A stretch of DNA of 49,017 nt from Candidatus Wirthbacteria bacterium (GTDB lineage Bacteria > Patescibacteriota > CG2-30-54-11), in the NCBI GenBank assembly GCA_903889905.1, contig CAISZI010000012.1:1-49017 (forward strand), in the 5' to 3' direction. Shown here piece after piece: positions 26,892-36,959 of this stretch. Position 1 is the first letter of the stretch. Each line of letters starts with the position of its first letter. The notes under the pieces are model-generated. The model searched no databases and was not told the DNA's origin. It saw only the letters and a program-made list of their open reading frames with translations. A program made the position numbers and the translations under genes.

Positions 26892-28421
26892 TTAGGCGAA
26901 AAGGTTGAGTCCGGTCATTTCGGCAGGCTTGTCGACGCCCATCACGGCCAGAATGGTGGGCGCGATGTCTTTCATGCCGCCATTTTGCAACTTGGCCTGT
27001 TGCCACGTTGGGTCATTGCTGATCACCGTCAACTGCACCGGGTCAAAGCCGTGGCTGGGGTCGGGTTCGCCATTGTCATAGAGCATGTGCTCGGCATTGC
27101 CATGATCAGCCATCAGCAAGACGACATAGTCTTCCGCGAGCGCTTTGGTCACAATCTGACCCACACAATCATCGACAACGGCACAAGCTCTGATCACGGC
27201 CGAGAGCACGCCCGAGTGTCCAACCAGGTCGGGATTGGCGTAGTTGACGGCAATAAAATCATACTTGCCGATCTGTTCCAATAATTTTGTTGTAACTCCC
27301 GCCGCGCTCATCTCGGGCTGCAAATCATAAGACAGGACTTTGGGCGAGGGCACCATGATGCGGTCTTCGCCAACATTCGGATCCTCGATCTGGGAGTTAA
27401 AAAACAGGGTGACATGCGCGTATTTTTCGGTTTCGGCAATGCGCAATTGTTTGAGACCATGATCAGACAAAACCTGGCCCAGATTATTGGTCACCTGCTG
27501 CTGTTGAAAAGCGACCGGTAAGGTCCAGTTGGAATCATAACGGCTCATGCAGACATAGTGCACCTTGACCGGATGCTCGAGTTCGGTGGGGCAGTAGTCG
27601 AGCTGGTTGACCATGGCGGTGATCTGGCGGGCACGATCAGAGCGGAAGCTGTACCAGATCAAGGCGTCATTGTCCCGCAGCAGTGCCTTGGGGTCACCAT
27701 TTTCATCGACAATACTGGTGGGTTTGACATAATAGTCGGTTTTTTCGCCACGCGCGTAGGCTGCTTCAATCGCTGCTTTGGCCGTCTTGGCCTTAAAACC
27801 CTTACCTTCCACCATCAAGTCATAGGCTGCTTTGGTCCGGTCCCAGTTTTTGTCGCGGTCCATGCCATAGTAACGGCCGACAACTGAGCCAATTTCACCC
27901 ACGCCGATTTCCTGTATGCGCTTTTCGGTTTCCGCCAGCAGTGGCAGCGCTGAACGCTCTTTCATGTCGCGGCCATCGAGGCAGAGGTGAAGATAAACGC
28001 GGTCAAAATTCTCTCGTTTGCACAGTTCCAGAATAGCCAGCATATGCCGGTAGTCAGCATGTACCCCTTCAGTAGAAAAAAGTCCGCCCAGGTGCAATGA
28101 AGAATTCTGGTCTTTGCAGTAGGCAATTGCCTGCCTCAAGGCTTGATTTTGATAAAACTCGCCATTCTTGATCTGCTGGTTGATGAATTCGTATGGCTGC
28201 CAGACGATTCGGCCCGCGCCAATCGTGAGGTGGCCGACTTCGGAACCGCCCTGCACGCCGTCGGGATTACCAACATCGTTACCCGTGCATTTAATCACGG
28301 CCGTGGGGTAGTGCGAAACGTAATAATTGTGATTTTTGGGATGGGCGAGCTCCACACCATTGCCTTCGTAACTTTTGCCATAGCCCCAACCGTCGCGAAT
28401 GATCAGCATCACTTTTTGCAT
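26892..28421 (-). CDS. gpmI: 2,3-bisphosphoglycerate-independent phosphoglycerate mutase
   Basis: LIIRDGWG, SEVGH, GRYYGMDRD, AETEKYAHVT, NPDLVGH, ADHGN. Confidence 0.98.
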   Translation of the reverse strand: MQKVMLIIRDGWGYGKSYEGNGVELAHPKNHNYYVSHYPTAVIKCTGNDVGNPDGVQGGSEVGHLTIGAGRIVWQPYEFINQQIKNGEFYQNQALRQAIAYCKDQNSSLHLGGLFSTEGVHADYRHMLAILELCKRENFDRVYLHLCLDGRDMKERSALPLLAETEKRIQEIGVGEIGSVVGRYYGMDRDKNWDRTKAAYDLMVEGKGFKAKTAKAAIEAAYARGEKTDYYVKPTSIVDENGDPKALLRDNDALIWYSFRSDRARQITAMVNQLDYCPTELEHPVKVHYVCMSRYDSNWTLPVAFQQQQVTNNLGQVLSDHGLKQLRIAETEKYAHVTLFFNSQIEDPNVGEDRIMVPSPKVLSYDLQPEMSAAGVTTKLLEQIGKYDFIAVNYANPDLVGHSGVLSAVIRACAVVDDCVGQIVTKALAEDYVVLLMADHGNAEHMLYDNGEPDPSHGFDPVQLTVISNDPTWQQAKLQNGGMKDIAPTILAVMGVDKPAEMTGLNLFA

Positions 28422-28641
28422 CTATTTTTACCATTAAAAACAAAATGAGCCTCGACATTATAGCATTGGAGAGAGTGCCTCACCAAGGGCTCAAGCAGAT
28501 TATACACCAATTCAGACAAAGGATGTCTGAATTTAAACTGCTAAATCATTTTTCCATTCTCTTGCCAAGATCAGACAATTAAGAACAGATCTTCTCACAA
28601 AGCTGTCCAACGTGAGTAGCCTCGCAATATTCATCAATTAT

Positions 28642-28650
28642 TGGTATAAT
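28642..28650 (+). promoter_or_regulatory. Extended -10 promoter for the orphan gene
   Basis: TG-G-TATAAT about 35 nt upstream of the ATG, followed by GAGG RBS. Confidence 0.55.
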
Positions 28651-28685
28651 AATCCTCTGATTAAATTCATTGAAGAGGATTAAAG

Positions 28686-30803
28686 ATGGCGACTCCAACA
28701 GACGGTGATAACGACCCAAGAAGCCAGATGGATCAGATCAAGGATGCCAGGGCATTTGTCGATTTGGCGACTTTGCCTAGAGCTGAAGCACTTTATCGCA
28801 CAGAAGAAGAACTAAACAAAGAAGCTATGGCCGCCCGAGTTGTCCATTCGATTGCGGAAACGGTGGACAACCGCGCCATGCAAACGTTGATTTTACTAGA
28901 AGCGGGTTTTAACGCTGCAGAAAGTCAAGATTTTATCAACAACAACGAACCTGCCCATTCTCCAATCTTGGAAAACCTTTCTCCCCAAGAACGAAATGAA
29001 ACGATTCTGCGCGTCAGCCGTATTGCCGTCGCCGAAGTTAGACGAATTATGGCGATGACAGAAGATAATAAAACACAATTATCGCCAGAAGAATTGGCCC
29101 GTATAAATGAATTTTTGCACTCCGTCGACTATCTATTGGATTCAATTTACGTAGAAGCGACCCACGCGGATATCGGCAACGGCATCAGTATGGAAGCCCT
29201 GAAAAACCTCAACAATGACGTCACTCACGCAGAACGTATGGCAGGCGAACCACATCCAGCACAACCAAATTTACGCAAAACACTGCTGGAAGTAGTCGAT
29301 GGTGATCTGGAAAGATTTGATGTTATTGCTGAAGCATCAGGACTGATCCCCGCTCGTATGCGCAATCTGCTTATCTTCAAAGCAGTACCCAAACAAATGG
29401 CGGACGATATGAAACGCTTTCTGGACAAATGGCTCAATCGTCCGGAAATAAATGACATGGCTCTCCAAGTCGCAGCCAAAGGTATTGTTGCCTTACATCA
29501 AATTGGCGCAGATATCGATCTGGCCTATACACTCAAAGGATACTCTCCTAAGGCAATCCCTGAACAAATAGAAGTATTTCAACCTGGAATCCAAGCAGAC
29601 CTTGATCAACTTGTCCCTCACTTTACCGGACTTACAATCGAACAAGCCCACACCGCTCGTTTAACCTGGGTGGACTTACTTCAAGCAAGCCGTCGCCATG
29701 CCGCCGGTCAAGATGGTAATGACAATTACGCCGAACCGATCGAAACAGCCAGTGATGTCTTGGCTAAATTAGCCAAAGCCCAAAAAACTGCTGGAGAACT
29801 CCTGCCATTGCTCAAAGTAATCGGACAAAGTGCAACATTTAGCGCCTCTTCTAGCCCTTATGCAGAAGCCAGAGCCAGCCAAATTGCGATGATTCGTCAA
29901 ACTTCTACAGGGGAGTCAGAACAGACCGTCTTCACACATACAGATCCAGCGGGTATGTCAACGTCTGATTTGACTTTAACGATTGCTCATGAACAGGCTG
30001 CTCATGCCGCAGAAAGCGAAATTCGTAAAAGAATGGTTGCTGCGGGAATTATTAATGCCCATCAAATGCAAGCAGATGCGCCCGAAAGTGAATTCTTTGC
30101 GCAACTTATGGAAACGGCTGTTGCCAAGGCAATCCCTGCTGACGACCGAACAGAAAATGAACAACCACCATTTCCTGGTGAATTAAAGGACCCACAACGA
30201 GGATCGAGCTTATATGACAGCTATGTTGGACCCAGACAGTACGCCTTTGGTTGGGTTAATGTGGATTTACAACGACAAATCGAAGCAAGCATTACATCAA
30301 ACCCAACCCAACAAAAACTTCCACCGTATGCATTAGATGAATTAACTCGCTATGGAAATCGTCATATTAAAACATCTTATTCCTTCATCTTTGCCACATT
30401 GGATATAACAAGTCATGACTTTCAATCGATTCCAGCCAATCTGAATGTGCCAGGCGACGGGTTATTCTATACAGCCATCAAACCAGAGCCAGTAATCAAG
30501 ATGGCTAAAACTGAAGAGACTGCGCCTAACAAAGACACAGAAAACACGACTGGAGAGAAACCAGAAATGCAAGATGAGCAGCCAACCATTGACATCAAAA
30601 CAAGTGCGAATAATTCGCTGACAAACCGTTTTGGCGAAAAATGGGTTGCAAATCCAGAGGGCAGAGCCCTGTATTATGGCCTGATGATGTTTACCGCCGC
30701 CCATCCCGACCAATCCTCTTGGCTTGATTATCTAAACACGACTTCGCCTGACGACGCTCGCGCTGAATTGGCGACCATTGGCATCACCGCTGATCAACTA
30801 TAA
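28686..30803 (+). CDS. 705-aa hypothetical protein, possible distant zincin-like metallopeptidase
   Basis: Long ORF with RBS; TIAHEQAAH followed by ESEFFAQLME. Confidence 0.7.
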   Translation: MATPTDGDNDPRSQMDQIKDARAFVDLATLPRAEALYRTEEELNKEAMAARVVHSIAETVDNRAMQTLILLEAGFNAAESQDFINNNEPAHSPILENLSPQERNETILRVSRIAVAEVRRIMAMTEDNKTQLSPEELARINEFLHSVDYLLDSIYVEATHADIGNGISMEALKNLNNDVTHAERMAGEPHPAQPNLRKTLLEVVDGDLERFDVIAEASGLIPARMRNLLIFKAVPKQMADDMKRFLDKWLNRPEINDMALQVAAKGIVALHQIGADIDLAYTLKGYSPKAIPEQIEVFQPGIQADLDQLVPHFTGLTIEQAHTARLTWVDLLQASRRHAAGQDGNDNYAEPIETASDVLAKLAKAQKTAGELLPLLKVIGQSATFSASSSPYAEARASQIAMIRQTSTGESEQTVFTHTDPAGMSTSDLTLTIAHEQAAHAAESEIRKRMVAAGIINAHQMQADAPESEFFAQLMETAVAKAIPADDRTENEQPPFPGELKDPQRGSSLYDSYVGPRQYAFGWVNVDLQRQIEASITSNPTQQKLPPYALDELTRYGNRHIKTSYSFIFATLDITSHDFQSIPANLNVPGDGLFYTAIKPEPVIKMAKTEETAPNKDTENTTGEKPEMQDEQPTIDIKTSANNSLTNRFGEKWVANPEGRALYYGLMMFTAAHPDQSSWLDYLNTTSPDDARAELATIGITADQL

Positions 30804-30941
30804 AAATTGCCACTAAAATTACCAGGTGTTTGCCCTGTGGGTGAAACGACTGGTTTTATCTTGATTGCGTCTAATCCTTTCCTTAACATCCATGGCCAGT
30901 TGCGCTAAGATGACAGTGTCTCATCTCCAAAAAGCTCATCC

Positions 30942-31154
30942 ATGTCATTCCGCGACCGCTACATGTTCTGGGGCATTATCTTTGTCATTGGCATCGGCGC
31001 CCTGATCGCCTCCTATGCCTATCGCACCATTGCCGACATCGAAGACAACACGGCGGTGATTGAAGAGCGCTCCCAGAATATTGAAGCCATGCAGGCCAAA
31101 TACCAACACAAACTACTCCATCCCGTGCCCGCCACATCCACTCAGACACCGTAA
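30942..31154 (+). CDS. Small single-TM protein
   Basis: One TM followed by a short coiled coil; fills an intergenic gap. Confidence 0.6.
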   Translation: MSFRDRYMFWGIIFVIGIGALIASYAYRTIADIEDNTAVIEERSQNIEAMQAKYQHKLLHPVPATSTQTP

Positions 31155-31241
31155 TTGTTGCCAAACCACAAACTCATTGACCTGCAGCCAATGTTTGCTC
31201 AATAATACGGCTGTCTAGTTCTTCATTAATTGGAGTACCCC

Positions 31242-31829
31242 ATGGCGGATACCGCCCCCAATCCTCAACCTGTGCAAACACCTCCAGCTGGTCCCAATCA
31301 AGCGGGAGAAATGGCCAAAAAAGCCCAGCAGATGTTTATGGCGCTGCCCAAATTCGAGCAACTCGCCTTTGTCGGCGGACTGGTCTATCTGATCGGTAGC
31401 TTTTTACCCGTCTACGCCACCAAAAGTTATGAATACTATGGGATCAAAAGCCCCAGTGTTAGCGTCAACCTGTGGAACCTTGAATTCCTTTATGTCTTGC
31501 TGGCTGTAATTATCATGATCGTGGGTTTAGTCTTGCCCTTTTTGGAAAAATGGATGCCAGCTGTCAAATTGCCCCTTCCCAAACCCATGCTTTACCTCGT
31601 GGCGGGTGTCATCGGCGCGATTGTTCCAATCTTCCGCTGGATCACCATCACTGGCAACAACAACCTCAATATGGGCATTGGTTTTTTCGCCCTGATCGCC
31701 GGTGGCGCTTTGATTGCCGTAGGTGGGTTCCAGTCCGGTGGTGCCAAAATGCTACAGGAACAGATGCAAAAAATGCGTCAGGCTCCACCAGCTGGCCCGA
31801 CTCCTCCTGCTGCCACTCCCAAAGCTTAA
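31242..31829 (+). CDS. Four-TM membrane protein with Pro-rich termini
   Basis: GGAG RBS before the ATG at 31242; hydrophobic helices; terminator follows. Confidence 0.75.
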   Translation: MADTAPNPQPVQTPPAGPNQAGEMAKKAQQMFMALPKFEQLAFVGGLVYLIGSFLPVYATKSYEYYGIKSPSVSVNLWNLEFLYVLLAVIIMIVGLVLPFLEKWMPAVKLPLPKPMLYLVAGVIGAIVPIFRWITITGNNNLNMGIGFFALIAGGALIAVGGFQSGGAKMLQEQMQKMRQAPPAGPTPPAATPKA

Positions 31830-31850
31830 GTTCGACTGTCGTAACCAGTC

Positions 31851-31895
31851 AAGAACACCCGCGGATAGAAATTATCTGCGGGTGTTCTTTTTTTT
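31851..31895. terminator. Bidirectional terminator
   Basis: AAGAACACCCGCGGATA-GAAAT-TATCTGCGGGTGTTCTT followed by a T-tract. Confidence 0.8.
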
Positions 31896-32363
31896 ATTAC
31901 CCGTGGACGGCCACGACGATTTCGATTTTGCTGTTCTGCCTTGCCCAAACTGACTTTTTCGTCGTTTGGCATTGGCCGGTTTTGTGACCTCCCGATAGTG
32001 TTGCAATGATTCATCGTGCTGCTTCATAAAATTTGTCCAGTAGGACTCAATCTGAGTGCGCCAGTCAGGAAACCGGCTAACTAAAGCATTGAGAAAAAAG
32101 TTCGCCGTCGTGACATCAATCTCCAGATATGGATCAAAAACAGTCGATACCACATGTCGCACGCTCAATTCCATCAAAACCTGCTCACTCCCTGGATCTC
32201 CCTCGATGGTCACAACCTGCCTGCCCAAATGTTGATCACCATCCTGACGAACCTTCTGGTTCGCCTTTATATCAGCAATGATTGCATTCACCATTACCTC
32301 AACATTGGCATAAATTGTCCAAATACCTTCACCATCTTCCATTTGATCACCTTTCCAGTACAT
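31872..32363 (-). CDS. Hypothetical protein
   Basis: 163-aa ORF filling the gap, convergent on the terminator; no recognisable motif. Confidence 0.55.
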   Translation of the reverse strand: MYWKGDQMEDGEGIWTIYANVEVMVNAIIADIKANQKVRQDGDQHLGRQVVTIEGDPGSEQVLMELSVRHVVSTVFDPYLEIDVTTANFFLNALVSRFPDWRTQIESYWTNFMKQHDESLQHYREVTKPANAKRRKSQFGQGRTAKSKSSWPSTGNKKKNTRR

Positions 32364-32451
32364 CTAATAATTCCTATTTTATTTGAAAAAGAATACTAAC
32401 ACTGATGTGGGCAATGTCAAAACGCTTCGACCTGACCTGCCAACAAATCTC

Positions 32452-32480
32452 TTGCCAAGAAGAGCCCAAGCAGTTAGGCT
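32452..32480 (+). promoter_or_regulatory. Possible sigma70 promoter of the aldolase gene
   Basis: TTGCCA-N17-TAGGCT. Confidence 0.5.
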
Positions 32481-32519
32481 TAATGCGTTGTTTTGCTTTT
32501 ATTAAAACAAAGGACTTCC

Positions 32520-33596
32520 ATGCCCCTCACCACTGCCCGCATCCGCAAACTGCTTGGTGCTCAGGCTGACGACTTGCTCAGCCACCAGTGCCGCACGATT
32601 AGCAAGGACAAAATCCATCAACCCGGCGCTGATTTTGTCGACCGCGAGTTCGCGCCCTCCAACCGTTCCAACCAGGTGCTGCAAAGCCTGCAATGGATTT
32701 ACAACAATGGTCGCCTCAGCAAAACCGGGTATCTCTCCATTTTGCCGGTGGACCAGGGCATTGAACATTCCGGTGGCGCATCCTTTGCCCCGAACCCCGC
32801 TTACTTTGATCCCGAAAACATCGTCAAGCTCGCCATCGAAGGTGGCTGCAATGCTGTGGCTTCGACCTTTGGTGTGCTGGCAAGCGTGTCACGCAAATAC
32901 GCGCACAAGATTCCCTTCATCGTCAAAATCAACCACAACGAACTACTCACCTTCCCCAACCCCGCCGACGAAATCATGTTCGGCAATATTGAAGACGCCT
33001 TCAACATGGGTGCCAAAGCCGTCGGTGCCACCATCTACTTTGGCTCGCCCGAATCCGACCGCCAGATCCAGGAAGTCAGCGACGCCTTTAGCTTTGCGCA
33101 CGAACTGGGCATGGCGACGGTACTATGGTGCTACCTCCGCAATCCCGCGTTTAAGCAAGACAAAGTCGACTACCACGACGCCGCCGACCTCACCGGCCAG
33201 GCCAATCACCTCGGTGTCACCATCCAGGCCGACATCATCAAGCAAAAACTCCCCACCAAAAACGGCGGCTACAAAGCGCTCAACATGGGCGGTAGTTCCT
33301 ACGGCAAGTTCGACGAACGCATTTACACCAAACTCGCCACCAAACACCCCATCGACATGGTCCGCTATCAGGTTGCCAACTGCTACATGGGCAAAATCGG
33401 CCTGATCAACTCCGGCGGCGCCTCTGGATCCAATGACCTCGAAGAAGCTGTCTACACCGCCGTCGTCAACAAACGCGGTGGCGGCCAGGGCCTGATCTGC
33501 GGTCGCAAAGCCTTCCAGAAACCCATGCAAGACGGCGTCGAACTGATCAACGCGATTCAGGATGTCTATCTGGACAAGAACATCACGGTGGCGTAA
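32520..33596 (+). CDS. fbaB: Class I fructose-bisphosphate aldolase (DhnA/FbaB type)
   Basis: [25 protein letters not shown] (Schiff-base Lys), [10 protein letters not shown]; start at the ATG at 32520. Confidence 0.96.
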   Translation: MPLTTARIRKLLGAQADDLLSHQCRTISKDKIHQPGADFVDREFAPSNRSNQVLQSLQWIYNNGRLSKTGYLSILPVDQGIEHSGGASFAPNPAYFDPENIVKLAIEGGCNAVASTFGVLASVSRKYAHKIPFIVKINHNELLTFPNPADEIMFGNIEDAFNMGAKAVGATIYFGSPESDRQIQEVSDAFSFAHELGMATVLWCYLRNPAFKQDKVDYHDAADLTGQANHLGVTIQADIIKQKLPTKNGGYKALNMGGSSYGKFDERIYTKLATKHPIDMVRYQVANCYMGKIGLINSGGASGSNDLEEAVYTAVVNKRGGGQGLICGRKAFQKPMQDGVELINAIQDVYLDKNITVA

Positions 33597-33600
33597 ATTC

Positions 33601-33647
33601 TACCTCCCCTCTATCCCCTCCTAAATTAGGAGGGGTTAGGGGAGGTA
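33601..33647. repeat. Purine/pyrimidine palindromic element
   Basis: TACCTCCCCT-CTAT-CCCCTCCT-AAATT-AGGAGGGG-TT-AGGGGAGGTA. Confidence 0.8.
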
Positions 33648-33667
33648 TGACCCCGCATTTATTTCCC

Positions 33668-33741
33668 GTAGTGGCAGGCCTCGCGCCTGCCCTCTTTTTT
33701 ATTCGGATGATTAAGAGGGTGGCCACCAGGTCCGCCCCTAC
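33668..33741. repeat. Inverted pair of GTAG-type REPs (REPIN-like doublet)
   Basis: GTAGTGGCAGGCCTCGCGCCTGCCC on plus and GTAGGGGCGGACCTGGTGGCCACCC on minus, facing each other. Confidence 0.7.
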
Positions 33742-33822
33742 AAGATTGGTTTCCCCTTACCCGCACCGCCACAAATTGCTATATTACAGGTGTTCGATTG
33801 GATGAATTAATGGAGAATCCCC

Positions 33823-34668
33823 ATGCCTACCCCAAAAAAAGAAAAATCCATCATCCTTTTCGGCCAGACACAAATCCGGCGGCATTGGGATGACGCCAAG
33901 GAGCAGTGGTATTTCAGTGTTATTGATGTGGTTAGCGTCCTCTCTGGAAGTGACCGTCCCAGAAAATATTGGAACGACCTAAAGAAGAAACTCTCCAATG
34001 AAGGAAGTGAAGTGTCCGATAAAATCGGACAGTTGAAAATGACAGCACCCGATGGCAAACAAAGGGATACCGACGTCGCCGACACTGAAACCATGCTCCG
34101 TATCGTCCAATCCATCCCCTCGCCCAACGCCGAACCGTTCAAGCTCTGGCTCGCGCAGGTGGGTTACGAACGCATCGAAGAAACCGAAGACCCGGAAAAA
34201 GCCATGGATCGGGCTATGCTCACCTATCTCAAAAAAGGCTACAGCGCCGACTGGATCAACCAGCGGCTCAAAAGCATCGAAGTCCGCAAGGAGTTGACTG
34301 ATGAATGGAAAAATCACGACGTCAAGGATAACGAATACGCCATCCTGACCGAGGAAATTACCAAGGCCTGGGCTGGAATGAGTACCAAAGAGTACAGAAA
34401 CTTCAAGGGTCTCAAAAAACAAAACCTTCGCGACCACATGACCAATCTGGAACTGGTGCTCAACATGCTGGCCGAAACCGCCACCACCGAAATCGCCCGC
34501 CAGAATGACGCCCGGGGTTTTGTCCCCAACCGTAAGGCTGCTCGCCAGGGCGGCACGATCGCCGGCAACACCCGTCGCGAGATCGAAGACAAAACCGGCC
34601 AAAAAGTGCTCTCCCGCCAGAATTATTTGCAACTCGATCAAAAAGCAGCCAAGAAGCTTAAACAATAG
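33823..34668 (+). CDS. Bro-N domain protein (BRO family, phage-antirepressor-like)
   Basis: IRRHWDDAKEQWYFSVIDVV, RKYWNDLK, AEPFKLWLAQVG, QNLRDHMTNLEL. Confidence 0.88.
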   Translation: MPTPKKEKSIILFGQTQIRRHWDDAKEQWYFSVIDVVSVLSGSDRPRKYWNDLKKKLSNEGSEVSDKIGQLKMTAPDGKQRDTDVADTETMLRIVQSIPSPNAEPFKLWLAQVGYERIEETEDPEKAMDRAMLTYLKKGYSADWINQRLKSIEVRKELTDEWKNHDVKDNEYAILTEEITKAWAGMSTKEYRNFKGLKKQNLRDHMTNLELVLNMLAETATTEIARQNDARGFVPNRKAARQGGTIAGNTRREIEDKTGQKVLSRQNYLQLDQKAAKKLKQ

Positions 34669-35007
34669 CAAAAGATTCCCATGGCCGCCAAAGCCAGGGA
34701 ACAGTGCATGGAATTGGTGCAATATACTTAGAATTCTTTCCCTCATCAGGATTGCGATGAATTTTCTAACTCTGACCTTAGTCTCAATCTGAAAAACCTT
34801 CTTATTCGCCGCCCGCCGACACTTCCATCGCCATGCTTGATATTATTGCTGCCAGACTTCCCACCCATTCCCGTTTCGTCCGGCTCCACAAACGCTCCCG
34901 GCGTATCCTTTAGGAAGGAACCGCCCTTTTTTGCGCTCAACTATCATCATTGCTTAATAAACTCATCAAGGTTACAATAACAATCCTATTTATTTTCGGA
35001 GCTCACA

Positions 35008-35235
35008 ATGGCCCTGGGGAAAATTCTCGGTTGGGTTATGCTGACCTTTGGATTGTTGAGTTTAATGATTTATGTCAGCATTTGGCTTAAAATTAAAATC
35101 CCTTTTTTTAAATTTTCAAATCTTGAAAATTATGAAAAATCCTTTGGAAAACAAGGCAAGGCTCTCCATTTTTTCCGCTATGTCATTTTTGCTTTAGTTA
35201 TGGGCACACTGATGATACTGGGAATCAGAAAATAA
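35008..35235 (+). CDS. Small two-TM hypothetical protein
   Basis: GGAG RBS, two hydrophobic helices, AT-rich. Confidence 0.6.
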   Translation: MALGKILGWVMLTFGLLSLMIYVSIWLKIKIPFFKFSNLENYEKSFGKQGKALHFFRYVIFALVMGTLMILGIRK

Positions 35236-35244
35236 TGTTCGATC

Positions 35245-35778
35245 TTGGCTTTGAATCCATTGGATTTTGCGATGAAATTTATTTACACCAAAAGCATCAC
35301 CCTGCAAACGGATCTTAGCGCCGACCAGATCCGGGATAAACTTCTCCAGAACCTGGAAACCAAAAGGGTACTCTGGTCGACACCCAAACGCTACGAAGGC
35401 AAGCTGGTCAACAATGCTTTCACCATGCGCCGCTTTATTCGCGGCAAAATCGCCTTCCCGTGGCCCTTTATCGACGGGACAATCCGTGACCAGCGCATCG
35501 AACTAACTTTTCGTTACAATTTCGTCAAAACCAGCCTAAAAGCACTGTTTCTTTTTTGGGGCCTTTTTATGGTGCCACTGCTATTTTGTTTTCTGGCTCA
35601 CATTCCGGTCCTTGGCAGCCCAATCGACGTAATTAGCGTAGTTATTGCAGGACCGCTGCTGATATGGCTGATGCTGCTTGGAGTTTTAGCCCAGGGACGG
35701 GATTATCGTCGCCTCATCACCTGGATTGCTACCGAGAGAAAATTCCTGGTTGATTACTTTGAGGCTACGATCGCCTAA
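35245..35778 (+). CDS. Hypothetical membrane protein, paralog A
   Basis: Aligns by eye with the downstream ORF; start (TTG 35245 or ATG 35272) is uncertain. Confidence 0.75.
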   Translation: MALNPLDFAMKFIYTKSITLQTDLSADQIRDKLLQNLETKRVLWSTPKRYEGKLVNNAFTMRRFIRGKIAFPWPFIDGTIRDQRIELTFRYNFVKTSLKALFLFWGLFMVPLLFCFLAHIPVLGSPIDVISVVIAGPLLIWLMLLGVLAQGRDYRRLITWIATERKFLVDYFEATIA

Positions 35779-35803
35779 TCATTATTCCTACTGAAAGTGT
35801 CGT

Positions 35804-36292
35804 ATGAATCTCCTCGAGCCCAACTATGTCCAACAAATAACAATCGACACCGATCTCACCGCCGATCAAATCCGGGAACGATTGCTTCCGCACTTGGAAA
35901 CCAAAAAATTTCTCTGGGCTTCAAGCAAACGTTATGGCGGCAAACTAGCTGACAATGTTTTTTCCATGCACAAAATCATTAGCACCCGCGGTGGAGGGCC
36001 TTACGCGAACATTGACGGTGTCATCAGTGACAAAAAACTAACAGTAACTTTTCGCTACAACTACGTCAAAGCGTGGTCTCTTTACTTTGTTCTGCTTGCT
36101 ATCCTGACCGTCTTGATGATAGGTAGCTGGATTCCGGGAACCCACTTGGTGGGCGCCCCCGGGACATTACTTTTGTTGATGCTTGTTTTGTTTTTTATCC
36201 CCATTTTTGGTATTGGGACAGAGCATCCTCGCTTAATCAAAAATGTGGCCAAAGACAAGAAGTGTCTAAAAGACTATTTCAATGCTCACTAA
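35804..36292 (+). CDS. Hypothetical membrane protein, paralog B
   Basis: TDLTADQIR, LETKK, KRYGGKL, TFRYNYVK shared with paralog A. Confidence 0.75.
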   Translation: MNLLEPNYVQQITIDTDLTADQIRERLLPHLETKKFLWASSKRYGGKLADNVFSMHKIISTRGGGPYANIDGVISDKKLTVTFRYNYVKAWSLYFVLLAILTVLMIGSWIPGTHLVGAPGTLLLLMLVLFFIPIFGIGTEHPRLIKNVAKDKKCLKDYFNAH

Positions 36293-36296
36293 CCAA

Positions 36297-36959
36297 TTAT
36301 ATTGCAATCGTTTCCAGGATTGGCCTTTTTTCGATCACCTTTGCTTCACTGATCTCCTCCGGCTCAATCCCACACCGCGCAAAAATCTGTCGCTCAATCT
36401 CCAGCCAGTTCTCGAAGTGCCCGGCAAATCGTGCATCGTCGCTGACCGAAATTTTGTGCGCATAACGCACCCGCAAATCCTGCAAGCGTTCTGCCAAGGA
36501 AATCACTCCAAACGGCCCAACGCGCTGATCCGCATACGCAATAATTTTCAGTTCCCAATCGGTACTGGCCAGGATTGATGCGCTTTTGGAAAAGCCCATA
36601 TTGTGCACGATCTCCCGCACCCGTGCCGCGACGCCAATCTCGTCAAGGATTTGATCCGTCGCTGCATGTTCATCGGTACCATACTTCGCTTTGCATTCGA
36701 TTTGCACTTTTTGCCAATACGCCAAACCCTCTGGTTCCAAAACCTCTGGCATGTCACCCAGACGAAACTTGATGACATTGGCCATGTCATGCAACAGGCA
36801 GGCTTGGACGATCGCATCTGTCTCCACGTTGGCATCAAAAGATTCAGCCAGCAATAATCCCACGCCCGCGACACGTAACTGGTGGGTCTGGAGGTTGGGC
36901 AGGAGATGATAACGACGATAAATTTCCAAAATGGATACCACTGTTTCCCCCTCTACCAT
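36297..36959 (-). CDS. HD-domain phosphohydrolase
   Basis: THQLRVA...LLHD...YADQR (H-HD-D); TAATG coupling to the upstream gene. Confidence 0.85.
   Translation of the reverse strand: MVEGETVVSILEIYRRYHLLPNLQTHQLRVAGVGLLLAESFDANVETDAIVQACLLHDMANVIKFRLGDMPEVLEPEGLAYWQKVQIECKAKYGTDEHAATDQILDEIGVAARVREIVHNMGFSKSASILASTDWELKIIAYADQRVGPFGVISLAERLQDLRVRYAHKISVSDDARFAGHFENWLEIERQIFARCGIEPEEISEAKVIEKRPILETIAI

Noticed and set aside
33823-34668. Prophage inferred from the Bro-N gene
   Set aside because: No structural, terminase, integrase or replication genes nearby
33979-34746. 255-aa antisense ORF over the Bro-N gene
   Set aside because: Shadow ORF typical of GC-rich coding strands
34746-34940. 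64-aa minus-strand ORF MSAKKGGSF...
   Set aside because: No RBS or motif recognised; it could be real but cannot be supported
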